The translations under genes and the position numbers were made by a program. A model generated the notes under the pieces. The model was not told the DNA's origin. It did not search any database and was given only the letters and a program-made list of their open reading frames with translations. From an uncultured Desulfatitalea sp. (GTDB lineage: Bacteria; Desulfobacterota; Desulfobacteria; Desulfobacterales; Desulfosarcinaceae), in contig CAXXMB010000002.1 of assembly GCA_963668675.2 (NCBI GenBank), forward strand, positions 2,112,001 to 2,176,000: a stretch of DNA of 64,000 bases, read 5' to 3'. Below are positions 38,628 through 51,011 of the stretch, one piece after another. Positions within the stretch are counted from its first letter, which is position 1, and each line of letters starts with the position of its first letter.

Positions 38628-38670
38628 GAACCCCTAAGGTCCGGCCGCAGACCTTAGGGGTTCAATTTTT
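38628..38670 (+). terminator. Rho-independent terminator-like hairpin
   Basis: 14-bp stem gaacccctaaggtc / gaccttaggggttc, 8-nt loop, followed by aattttt on the + strand. Confidence 0.75.
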
Positions 38671-38757
38671 AGGGATAGTGCCTGTCCGTAAACGGTTGAT
38701 AGCATCGAACGTTTGATATACTGATTTAAGGTCCAATCACATCTCTAAAACGGCCAC

Positions 38758-42281
<3,524 letters not shown>

Positions 42282-42510
42282 CTCTTTACCCCTATTTTTT
42301 AATTAAAAAAGATATTGTTATTAATAGGGACTGTTCATATGTTTAAAAAACTTTAATAATTTGATTTTAATAATTAAATTCATATAAAGGCGTGTTGAAA
42401 AAAGGACCATAATTTTTCGATAACGCGGCGTTTATCAGCACACTTTCTCTTTTTGTCGATAACGGGCGACTTGTGAACAATCTATGATCCGCCCAATGTT
42501 GATAAATCAC
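42282..42510. other. oriC: Probable chromosomal replication origin (oriC)
   Basis: AT-rich; on the - strand tandem box-like TTTTAAACA/ATATGAACA + GTCCC + TAT TAA TAA CAA TAT toward dnaN; IHF consensus at 42354-42366; six more DnaA-box-like 9-mers at 42393-42505. Confidence 0.8.
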
Positions 42511-43071
42511 TCAGGCGCGCTCCGCCGACGAATCGGGTGAATTGGGATCGGTCGAGATCCATTTTTTGATTCCGGGCACGACGTGACTCAACCACTTTTC
42601 GGAAAGGCGCACGTTGATAAAGGCTTGGTATAGCTTATCGATAAGCTGAAATGATTTATCGTAAAGATAAATTTTATCGAGTACCGCACCTGCTTTGTCG
42701 TCCGAGGATTCGATCGGTCCGCTTTCGGGCAGTTTCAGTCCCGAAAAACTCAGGTTCTCACCCTTGATGGCAAACTGCCATTTCAAGGTGCCACTCTTAT
42801 AGATCATGTGCATGTCCGTGATCAAAGCCCCTTTGCGAAGCGCGAGCAGGGCCTCCTCCAAACCGGCGGCATCCCCTTTTATGGTGATGTTCTCTTTTCC
42901 GTTAGCCAGCCGGTTTTCGAGCACCATACGGTTGCCGACATCGAGATCCAGAAGATCCGGATCACATTGACGGATGGTCTCCATCTCGTTTTCCATGGCG
43001 TACCAGAGCCAGGTCAAAAATTCATTTCCGAGGAAACGGTAGCGATTATAGGCAACGGCTATATCGAGCAT
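42511..43071 (-). CDS. Conserved-type protein resembling the C-terminal half of RdgC
   Basis: FLGNEFLTWLWY, EEALLALRKG; follows the RdgC N-half gene. Confidence 0.65.
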   Translation of the reverse strand: MLDIAVAYNRYRFLGNEFLTWLWYAMENEMETIRQCDPDLLDLDVGNRMVLENRLANGKENITIKGDAAGLEEALLALRKGALITDMHMIYKSGTLKWQFAIKGENLSFSGLKLPESGPIESSDDKAGAVLDKIYLYDKSFQLIDKLYQAFINVRLSEKWLSHVVPGIKKWISTDPNSPDSSAERA

Positions 43072-43086
43072 GGTGCGTTGATCTAT

Positions 43087-43147
43087 CCTTAGTTCTGGGC
43101 CTTAGTTTTTGGCCTTAGTCTTTGGGCCTTAATCTTTGGACCTTACC
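43087..43147. repeat. Short tandem repeat, about 4.5 x 13-14 bp
   Basis: ccttagttctggg / ccttagtttttgg / ccttagtctttggg / ccttaatctttgga / ccttacc. Confidence 0.85.
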
Positions 43148-43148
43148 T

Positions 43149-43763
43149 TCAAGCATCGTCTTCTGCGTAGGCCAGTTTTTCCAAGGCATCGCGTTGCGGA
43201 TCTGATAGCGATGGATCGGACAGGGCCATGGTGTATGGGATCATGCGGATCAAGTGAAGGCCAAAGGTCTTATAGAACAGGGTTTCAAGCTGTTCGTTGG
43301 CGCTTTTCAGATTTGAAAAAAAACAGACCACGCCATCTTCATACTGCCAAACCACATCGTAAATATTTGGCGTCGCCGGTATTTTTTGATTTAGACGCTG
43401 TACGATCTGATCTTTGAGCGCCTCTTTTTCGTCCTTTGAAAGAAAATCGCGCTCCAGTGCCTTCATCCGTTTGGACGACTCGCCAGAAAAGTGCTTTTGC
43501 AGCAGTTTCGGTGGAATGGCTTTCTTGTCGATCCGCATGGAAAAGACGACATGGGTGCCGATCAGAAAGCTGGAGCCTTCAAAATCGGGTTCGAATGGCG
43601 TTTCAAAACTGGTCCAACCGACCGTTTGATCCGATGGCTGACCGTCGATATCGGTGATGGCAAACCGTTTGAGTCCGTCAGCGATGGTGTCGATGATCGG
43701 TTTTTCCAATTGGCCCTCGACCCGGTACCGGGTGACCGAGGTTGTTGCCGACAGTAAGCCCAT
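43149..43763 (-). CDS. rdgC: Recombination-associated protein RdgC-like (short, N-terminal half)
   Basis: [42 protein letters not shown]. Confidence 0.75.
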   Translation of the reverse strand: MGLLSATTSVTRYRVEGQLEKPIIDTIADGLKRFAITDIDGQPSDQTVGWTSFETPFEPDFEGSSFLIGTHVVFSMRIDKKAIPPKLLQKHFSGESSKRMKALERDFLSKDEKEALKDQIVQRLNQKIPATPNIYDVVWQYEDGVVCFFSNLKSANEQLETLFYKTFGLHLIRMIPYTMALSDPSLSDPQRDALEKLAYAEDDA

Positions 43764-43902
43764 GTTCGCCTTCCAAATACGATATACAAGATGGTGTAGA
43801 TGATATATTCAAAAACATCTAAATATAGCTATTAAAGCTAAATAAAACAAGCTGTTTTTATCGGATTCTCCCGATGAGGCGGCGGCTTTTGTGGTGAAGC
43901 TG

Positions 43903-43932
43903 TTGACAATGCACATCATATTCTCATAGATT
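43903..43932 (+). promoter_or_regulatory. Sigma70-type promoter candidate for the KamA-like gene
   Basis: TTGACA-18 nt-TAGATT. Confidence 0.5.
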
Positions 43933-44017
43933 GAATAGTTTAAGATAAGTTCCCCTTCAAGAGGGGGCCGTGAACTTATCCCTTCCCGTGCGAATCAACA
44001 AAAGAATACTGGAATAA

Positions 44018-45838
44018 ATGCAGACCCCATACCAAAGGCGACACCAAAATATGCAAAAGACAAGGTCCAGGCTGATGAACATTTTCAGTATGGCACCCGA
44101 TCTGAAAACGATACTGCTCTCCGAGCAGGTCATCGAATCTAAAAAAGAGGCCATAAGAAACTGGCTGTCACAACAGTTGTCGGAAACCTATGAAGCCGAT
44201 CCGGATATTCCCCCGCTGAAGTACATTTTAAGACGCGACGCCATCGATGTTTTTCGCAAGATTCTATCCCAGCGCAATGAAAACCTTGCCGGCTACAGCC
44301 TGATCCAATATGTCAACGATCTCCTCTCGGGAGATGGTCGGGTCCAAAAGCCCAAAGCGGCATTCCTGGCTGAACTGGAGCATCTGATCAAGGGGATCAC
44401 CGGTAGATCTAAGATATACGAAGAGAAGATTCCTGCATTTAAGAAGCACCAGGGAACGCGGGCTGCGAAAATGCGGTCGACCGATCTCTCCCGCATGGCA
44501 AGGGGAGCCGAACGGCACATGCGCAACTATGTCTGCGGACTGGACAACGAAGCCATCCGGCGCAGAAGCAGAAACAAATACCGGGTCTTAAAGTATTTCA
44601 ACGCCACCGAACTGGAGTGGAAAAAGTGGCAGTGGCATGTACGTCATATCATTCGCAATGCCGATGTCCTGAGATCTTTGATCAAACTTTCGGATGAAGA
44701 GTATGAAGCGGTTCGCCTGGCCCGCCAACTTCGGATTCCTTTTGGGATCACACCCTACTATCTCTCCCTTCTGGATAACGAGATGGGCTCCTTGAGGGAT
44801 CGTGCAGTGCGTGCCCAGGTTATTCCCAGTTTACACTATGTGCAGAGTTTAGCCGCTTTGAAAGCGCGTAGTGACCACTCCATGGATTTCATGCTCGAGC
44901 ACGAAACGTCTCCCATCGAGGCCATCACACGACGCTATCCCAATATTGTTATCCTCAAACCGGTTCTCACTTGCCCCCAGATATGCGTCTACTGTCAGCG
45001 CAACTGGGAGATCGAAGATGTCTACAGCCCGCAATCGGTGCTTTCAACGAAAAAGCTCAATGCGGCCCTCGATTGGATCGCAAAAACGCCTGAAATTAAC
45101 GAAGTGCTGATCACGGGTGGTGATCCGCTGCTGCTGGCCAACAAGAAAATAGAGGCGATTCTCTCCCGTCTGGCGGCCATGCCGCACATCCTGCGCATCC
45201 GTATCGGTACGCGTACACCGGTCACGCTTCCCCAGCGTATCAGCGATGCCTTGGCTCGAAGCGTCAGCCGTTTTCACATCCCCGGCAAACGGGAGGTGAT
45301 CATCGTGACGCACTTCGAACATCCCTATGAAATCACTCCCCAGGCCATGCAGGCGGTGCAGCAGTTCCGGAGATACGGGATGGAGGTTTATAACCAACTG
45401 GTTTTCACCTACTACAATTCGCGCAAGTTCGAAGCCTGCCTGCTGCGCCAGAAGCTTCGCCTGATCGGTGTGACCCCCTACTACACCTTCAATACCAAAG
45501 GCAAAGAGGAGACCAAAGACTTCAGGGTACCCATCGCACGCTTGATACAGGAGCAGAAGGAGGAGTCCCGACTGATGCCCGGCACCGTACGCACCGACGA
45601 GATCGTTTTCAACGTTCCCGGGCTGGGCAAGAACTACCTGAAGGCCTCCCAGCATCATGACATCATTTCCGTGATGCCGGACGGCAGGCGCGTCTACGAA
45701 TTCCATCCCTGGGAGAAGAAACTCTCCCTGGTCGACACCTATGTTTACCGGGATGTTCCTATCTATGATTACCTGAAGCGACTCAAGGCCGACGGCGAGG
45801 AGACGGCTGATTACAGGACGATCTGGTACTATTACTGA
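44018..45838 (+). CDS. KamA-family (lysine 2,3-aminomutase-like) radical SAM protein with long N-terminal extension
   Basis: WQW, ITPYY, RRYP, CPQICVYCQR, TGGDPL, RIGTR.PV, THFEH, YNQ.V, PGLGK; start may be 44051 or 44075. Confidence 0.9.
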   Translation: MQTPYQRRHQNMQKTRSRLMNIFSMAPDLKTILLSEQVIESKKEAIRNWLSQQLSETYEADPDIPPLKYILRRDAIDVFRKILSQRNENLAGYSLIQYVNDLLSGDGRVQKPKAAFLAELEHLIKGITGRSKIYEEKIPAFKKHQGTRAAKMRSTDLSRMARGAERHMRNYVCGLDNEAIRRRSRNKYRVLKYFNATELEWKKWQWHVRHIIRNADVLRSLIKLSDEEYEAVRLARQLRIPFGITPYYLSLLDNEMGSLRDRAVRAQVIPSLHYVQSLAALKARSDHSMDFMLEHETSPIEAITRRYPNIVILKPVLTCPQICVYCQRNWEIEDVYSPQSVLSTKKLNAALDWIAKTPEINEVLITGGDPLLLANKKIEAILSRLAAMPHILRIRIGTRTPVTLPQRISDALARSVSRFHIPGKREVIIVTHFEHPYEITPQAMQAVQQFRRYGMEVYNQLVFTYYNSRKFEACLLRQKLRLIGVTPYYTFNTKGKEETKDFRVPIARLIQEQKEESRLMPGTVRTDEIVFNVPGLGKNYLKASQHHDIISVMPDGRRVYEFHPWEKKLSLVDTYVYRDVPIYDYLKRLKADGEETADYRTIWYYY

Positions 45839-45841
45839 TTC

Positions 45842-48800
45842 ATGAAATTCATTGCCGATTTTCATATCCACTCCAAGCACTCCCGGGCGACATCCCGTAA
45901 GCTCGACCTGGAGCATCTTTACATTGCGGCCCAGATGAAGGGGATTACGGTGATCGGCACGGGCGATTTCACCCACCCACTCTGGTGGGAAGAGCTCTCC
46001 ACCAAGCTGGTGCCGGCCGAAGAGGGGCTATTCGCCCTCGATTCCCGGATCGCGCGTTCATGCGATGAACGGGTCCCGGCGGCCTGTCGCGGGCCGGTAC
46101 GGTTCATGCTGGTCACCGAGATCAGCAATATCTATAAAAAAGATGATCGGACCCGCAAAAATCACAACCTGGTCTTCATGCCCGACATGGCTTCCGCACA
46201 GCAGTTCAACCAGAAACTGGATGAGATTGGCAACATCCGTTCGGACGGGCGGCCCATCTTGGGATTGGATGCCCGCAACTTACTGGAGATCGTCCTGGAC
46301 ACTTCAGATCTGGCCTATCTCGTGCCGGCTCACATCTGGACCCCCTGGTTTTCGCTGCTCGGTTCCAAATCGGGTTTCGATTCGCTCGAAGCGTGTTTCG
46401 ATGATCTGAGCGAACACATCTTCGCCGTCGAAACCGGCCTCTCATCGGATCCGCCCATGAACTGGCGCGTCTCCGGCCTCGACCGCTTCACCCTCATCTC
46501 CAATTCGGACGCCCACTCGCCAGGTAAACTTGGGCGCGAAGCCAACCTGCTCGATGTTGCGCTGGGGTTTACGACCATCCGAAACGCCCTGGAGAGCGCC
46601 CATCCCGACCAACTCCTGGGTACGGTGGAGTTCTATCCGGAAGAGGGTAAATACCATGTGGATGGGCATCGCAAGTGTCAGTTCCGTTGTCTTCCCGGCG
46701 AAACCCATTCCCTGGACGGTATTTGCCCTGTCTGCGGCAAGCCGCTGGTGCTGGGAGTGCTCTACCGTGTGGAGCAGCTGGCCGATCGGCATGAGGGCGC
46801 CAAGGCCCCCAAAGCCCGCCCATATGAGCGACTCATTCCCCTGGAGGAGGTGCTGGCTGAAACGTTCCAAACTTCAGCCGGTACCAAGCGGGTGCAGCGC
46901 AGCTACGGACAACTGCTCGAAAAACACGGCAGCGAGTTCGATATTTTACGATGCGTGGCCGTTGAAGATCTGCAACAGAGTGGCATCCCCCTGCTTGCCG
47001 AGGCGATCGAACGCATGCGCAACGGGCGGGTTATTTTCGATCCCGGCTATGATGGCGAGTTCGGACAGGTGCGCATTTTCGATTCCAACGAACGGCGCGA
47101 GCTGATAGGCCAGCGTCCGTTGTTCGCCATCCCGGATTGCGAAAGCAAACCAGCGGGTTGCAACGCCAAAGTAACCCATAAAACGGCAACAACCGGAGCA
47201 GATGCCCTCACTTCGAACGAAGAGGTGCAGCCACCACCTCCAGGCGGCATCGGACTCAATCCGGAGCAGCAGCGCATTGTCGACCATGCGAACGGGCCGA
47301 TTATCATCGCTGCAGGACCGGGCACGGGTAAAACACGCACCATCACCTGCCGCATGGCCGCTTTGATGAACGAACGGCAAGTGCCGGCCGCTGAAATACT
47401 GGCCGTCACCTTCACCAACAAGGCGGCCCGCGAAATGTCCCAGCGCCTGACGGCCATGCTCGCCCCTGGCGCGGCGATGCCCACCATTGCAACCTTTCAT
47501 GGATTGTGTCGGAAAATTTTAAAAGAGCGGAAGCCCTCCTTCACCGGAACGCTGGCGGACGATGAGATGCGCCAGGCGGTGATGGCCGATGTCATCGATC
47601 GGGTTAAACGTATCTATCCAGAAAAAATGGTCTCCTTGGGCACGGCAGTCGATTTTGTGATCGAAGCCAAGCAGCAGCTGCTAAGACCCGAAGCGGACTT
47701 GAGCGCGATCTGCCCCGAAGGTGAGGATCTCGTCCAACTGCAATCCATCTATCGCAACTATGCAATGTTGATGCGGCTGCAGGAGATGGTCGATTTCGAA
47801 GATCTCATCCTTGAAGCCGTAGATGGACTCGAAAAGGACCCTACCTGGCGGCGGCAGTTGCGGTCACGTTTCGTTCACCTCTTTGTGGATGAGTTTCAGG
47901 ACATCAACCACGGCCAGTATCGACTGATACGCCTATTGGCACCGGAACAGGCCAATCTTTGCGTGATCGGCGATCCCGACCAGGCCATCTATGGCTTTCG
48001 GGGGTCGGATGTGCGTTTTTTTTCTAAATTTTCAAAGGACTATCCGGATTCCCGGCGGATCGGCCTCACCCGTAACTATCGATCGACCGAAGCGATTTTG
48101 CGCAGCGCCTATCAAACCATCGCGTCTATGCATAGTCGTGGTGATAACGTCAGGGATAGCTCCGGAAATGGGCCTGGCATGGAAGCGACGGAGGATGCGC
48201 ACCAGGCGGTCCATTCGCACTTGTCCGGAAAAGAGACGATCTCTATCCTATCCTCGGCTTCGGCCCGCTCTGAGGCGGTGGCCATCGGCATGTTGATCGA
48301 ACAGATGGTGGGCGGCACCGGATTTCACGCCATCGATTTCGGCAAGGTGGAGGATCACTCCGGAGAGCACAGTTTTTCTGATTTTGCTGTCCTTTTCCGC
48401 ACTACCGCCCAGGGGCGGCTGATCGCCGAGGTGCTTCGCCAGGCCGGCATCCCGTGTCAATTGGCCAGCCGGGAGGTGCTTGCCCACAAACACATCGTGG
48501 TAAAGATGATATCCCTTTTGCGCGTGATGGCGGGACGGGGAAGCTATGCCGATCTCAGCCAGTTGACCGATCTGAAGGCACCAGGTATTAGCCGGGAAAC
48601 GTTGAGCGGATTCAAGTCATGGGCCTACGACAAAGAGCTGCCCCTGGAGCGGGCCATTTACATCGCTGTGCGCATGCCCATTCAGGAGCTCTCCACCACC
48701 CGCCAGCAGCGGCTGGTCGATTTTATTCGTTGGATTCAAACCCTGAGAAGCGATTGCACGGATCTCTCCGTCTCCGCCACCATCCAACAGGTGCTGGCCA

Positions 48801-49267
48801 GAACGACTCTGTCGAATCAGATAAGCGAGGACGATCTTCAAATCGTTCTATCCGGAGCGGATCTCTACGACACCGATATGGAAGCATTTTTAGACGGTCA
48901 GGCGCTACAGACCGATACCGATCTCTATCGACCCGAAGCCGAACGTGTGGCCCTGATGACCATGCACGCCGCCAAGGGACTGGAGTTCAATGTGGTGTTC
49001 GTGACCGGTTGTGAGCAGGGGCTGGTGCCTTATTGCCCCCCTGGCGGTGATCCGGGCGATCCGGACGAGGAGCGTCGCCTCCTCTTCGTGGCCATGACCC
49101 GGGCCAAGGAGCAGCTCTTTTTGTCATGGGCACGCAAACGCACCCTTTACGGCAAAACCGAGCAGCGGCAACGCTCTTGCTTTTTGCGTGATATCGAATC
49201 GCAGTTGGTGGAGCAGCTCACACCGCCGGGCGAGAGACCCGTTCAGCGGCAGCTCTCCCTTTTTTAA
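45842..49267 (+). CDS. Endonuclease Q-like (PHP + Zn finger) domain fused to a UvrD/PcrA SF1 helicase
   Basis: ADFHIHS, GTGDFTHP, PAHIWTPW, ETGLSSD, SNSDAHS, GKYH, CPVCG, PGYDGEFG; then AGPGTGKT, TFTNKAA, DEFQD, GDPDQAIY, NYRS, HAAKGLEF, EERRLLFVAMTRA. Confidence 0.92.
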   Translation: MKFIADFHIHSKHSRATSRKLDLEHLYIAAQMKGITVIGTGDFTHPLWWEELSTKLVPAEEGLFALDSRIARSCDERVPAACRGPVRFMLVTEISNIYKKDDRTRKNHNLVFMPDMASAQQFNQKLDEIGNIRSDGRPILGLDARNLLEIVLDTSDLAYLVPAHIWTPWFSLLGSKSGFDSLEACFDDLSEHIFAVETGLSSDPPMNWRVSGLDRFTLISNSDAHSPGKLGREANLLDVALGFTTIRNALESAHPDQLLGTVEFYPEEGKYHVDGHRKCQFRCLPGETHSLDGICPVCGKPLVLGVLYRVEQLADRHEGAKAPKARPYERLIPLEEVLAETFQTSAGTKRVQRSYGQLLEKHGSEFDILRCVAVEDLQQSGIPLLAEAIERMRNGRVIFDPGYDGEFGQVRIFDSNERRELIGQRPLFAIPDCESKPAGCNAKVTHKTATTGADALTSNEEVQPPPPGGIGLNPEQQRIVDHANGPIIIAAGPGTGKTRTITCRMAALMNERQVPAAEILAVTFTNKAAREMSQRLTAMLAPGAAMPTIATFHGLCRKILKERKPSFTGTLADDEMRQAVMADVIDRVKRIYPEKMVSLGTAVDFVIEAKQQLLRPEADLSAICPEGEDLVQLQSIYRNYAMLMRLQEMVDFEDLILEAVDGLEKDPTWRRQLRSRFVHLFVDEFQDINHGQYRLIRLLAPEQANLCVIGDPDQAIYGFRGSDVRFFSKFSKDYPDSRRIGLTRNYRSTEAILRSAYQTIASMHSRGDNVRDSSGNGPGMEATEDAHQAVHSHLSGKETISILSSASARSEAVAIGMLIEQMVGGTGFHAIDFGKVEDHSGEHSFSDFAVLFRTTAQGRLIAEVLRQAGIPCQLASREVLAHKHIVVKMISLLRVMAGRGSYADLSQLTDLKAPGISRETLSGFKSWAYDKELPLERAIYIAVRMPIQELSTTRQQRLVDFIRWIQTLRSDCTDLSVSATIQQVLARTTLSNQISEDDLQIVLSGADLYDTDMEAFLDGQALQTDTDLYRPEAERVALMTMHAAKGLEFNVVFVTGCEQGLVPYCPPGGDPGDPDEERRLLFVAMTRAKEQLFLSWARKRTLYGKTEQRQRSCFLRDIESQLVEQLTPPGERPVQRQLSLF

Positions 49268-49393
49268 GGTTCATGCCAGTATGATAGAAACGGCATATCT
49301 GTGCCGGCAATTTATACTGGACAACCGTTGGAACCCATGGCACTATCGCCTCGGCTTCGTATTCCCTTCGCAAGAGAGAACGTTGTAACAGTT

Positions 49394-50296
49394 ATGGCTG
49401 ATACGGTAATTCAATTCAATGGTCACGAACGCCTGTTGACCAAGGTCAAAAACTATCTGCACGCCATGGATAAACTGATCCAGGACGGCGATCAGGCCCT
49501 CGGGCTGTTGATCAAAGCGCTGGATGTGGCTGATGATGAGACCAAGCTCAGAATTGTCCTGTTGTTGGGTTCCATAGCCTCCGACCAGTCTGTCTGGCCG
49601 CTCTATCGTCTGATGACCGACCTGAACCAGCACGATACGATTCGCCATGCGGCGGCTTCGCAATTGAGCATGGTGGGCGGCGTGGTACGGGATGTCGATG
49701 CTTTGGTGGACAATCTCATCGCAGATCTGGCGTATCACCATGCCGCCGTGCGTGCCGCTGCCGCATTCGCATTGGGATGGGAGGGCAATCAGCGGGCGGT
49801 GCCTCCCTTGGTAGATGCCCTTTGCGATCCGGATCCGGAGGTTCAGCAGGCCGCTGTGGGCGCTCTGGCCAATATCGGCGACGAACGCCTCTTCGACACA
49901 CTGGCCAAGGCCATGCAGCGCAGTTCCAAGGAACAGCAGCGCTGCATATTGTACCATTTGAGCTGCTTCAAATCGCGCCATCAGGAGGTGGTCGAGATCT
50001 GTGGGGGCTATTTGAATCAGTCCGACGCAGACCTGCGCTATGATGCCCTGGTGGTGCTCGACTCGGTGTGCGGCACCCAGAAGCCGCTGCATCTCTATCT
50101 GCAGTGCCTCGAAGATGATGATTTGAGAATCAGGGAGCAGGCATTGCTCTACCTGGCCGGAGCGGACAGAAGCCACCTCAGACGCAAGAATATGGATCTG
50201 TGCGTTCTTCCCCTTGCGCAGGACAGATCGCCCAACGTGCGCCAGGCCGCCATCCGGCTCCTCAACCATATCGGGCACGGACCTGTCGCCGTGTGA
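49394..50296 (+). CDS. HEAT/PBS-lyase repeat protein
   Basis: Repeated VR.AAA.ALG....AV..L..AL.D.D units; start uncertain. Confidence 0.88.
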   Translation: MADTVIQFNGHERLLTKVKNYLHAMDKLIQDGDQALGLLIKALDVADDETKLRIVLLLGSIASDQSVWPLYRLMTDLNQHDTIRHAAASQLSMVGGVVRDVDALVDNLIADLAYHHAAVRAAAAFALGWEGNQRAVPPLVDALCDPDPEVQQAAVGALANIGDERLFDTLAKAMQRSSKEQQRCILYHLSCFKSRHQEVVEICGGYLNQSDADLRYDALVVLDSVCGTQKPLHLYLQCLEDDDLRIREQALLYLAGADRSHLRRKNMDLCVLPLAQDRSPNVRQAAIRLLNHIGHGPVAV

Positions 50297-50354
50297 CCCG
50301 GGACGTCTTCTAAGAGAGCCATATCCCTAAAACCCAACGACAACCAAGCCGTTC

Positions 50355-50993
50355 TCATCCTGGCAGCCAGGTTTCGTGGGACGACTCAAACTGTGAGATC
50401 TTCTCTTCGTGTTGGAGGGTCAGGGCGATGTCGTCCAGACCGTTGAGCAGCTGCTCTTTTGCGCCGGCATCGATCTCGAATCGAAACGAGACCTCTTGGG
50501 GGGCGTGGATGGTCATCTGCTGGGTGTCAAGGTCGACGGTGGCCTGCAACCCCTTGTTGGCGGCTACCAGAGCGAAGATGGTATCGACCTCCGATTCGGA
50601 CAGCTCGATTGCCAGCATGCCGTTTTTGGTGGTGTTGGTTTGGAAAATGTCGGCAAAGGCGGGCAGCCGCTTGCCGTTCACCTCTTTATAGGGGGCGATG
50701 ACCGCCCGGTAACCATCCTGGACCAGCGCCCAAACAGCGTGTTCGCGGCTGGAGCCGCAACCGAAGTTGTTGCGGGCCACCAGGATCGAACGGCCTTCGA
50801 AGCGGGGCTGGTTGAGCTCGAAGCCGGGATCGGGTTTTCCATCGGAGGTGTAGCGCCAGTCGAAAAAGGCGCTGGGACCATACCCGGTGCGCTTGATCGA
50901 TTTGAGGAACTGCTTGGGAATGATGGCATCGGTGTCAACATTGGATCGGTCCAGGGTGGCGATGATGCCCGTATGGCTTTTGAAGGGTTGCAT
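50355..50993 (-). CDS. leuD: 3-isopropylmalate dehydratase small subunit
   Basis: [33 protein letters not shown]. Confidence 0.97.
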   Translation of the reverse strand: MQPFKSHTGIIATLDRSNVDTDAIIPKQFLKSIKRTGYGPSAFFDWRYTSDGKPDPGFELNQPRFEGRSILVARNNFGCGSSREHAVWALVQDGYRAVIAPYKEVNGKRLPAFADIFQTNTTKNGMLAIELSESEVDTIFALVAANKGLQATVDLDTQQMTIHAPQEVSFRFEIDAGAKEQLLNGLDDIALTLQHEEKISQFESSHETWLPG

Positions 50994-51011
50994 CGGTTCA
51001 TTCTCCTTATC

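Noticed and set aside
43087..43147. Tandem repeat as a CRISPR array
   Set aside because: Units are 13-14 bp with no spacers, and there are no cas genes.
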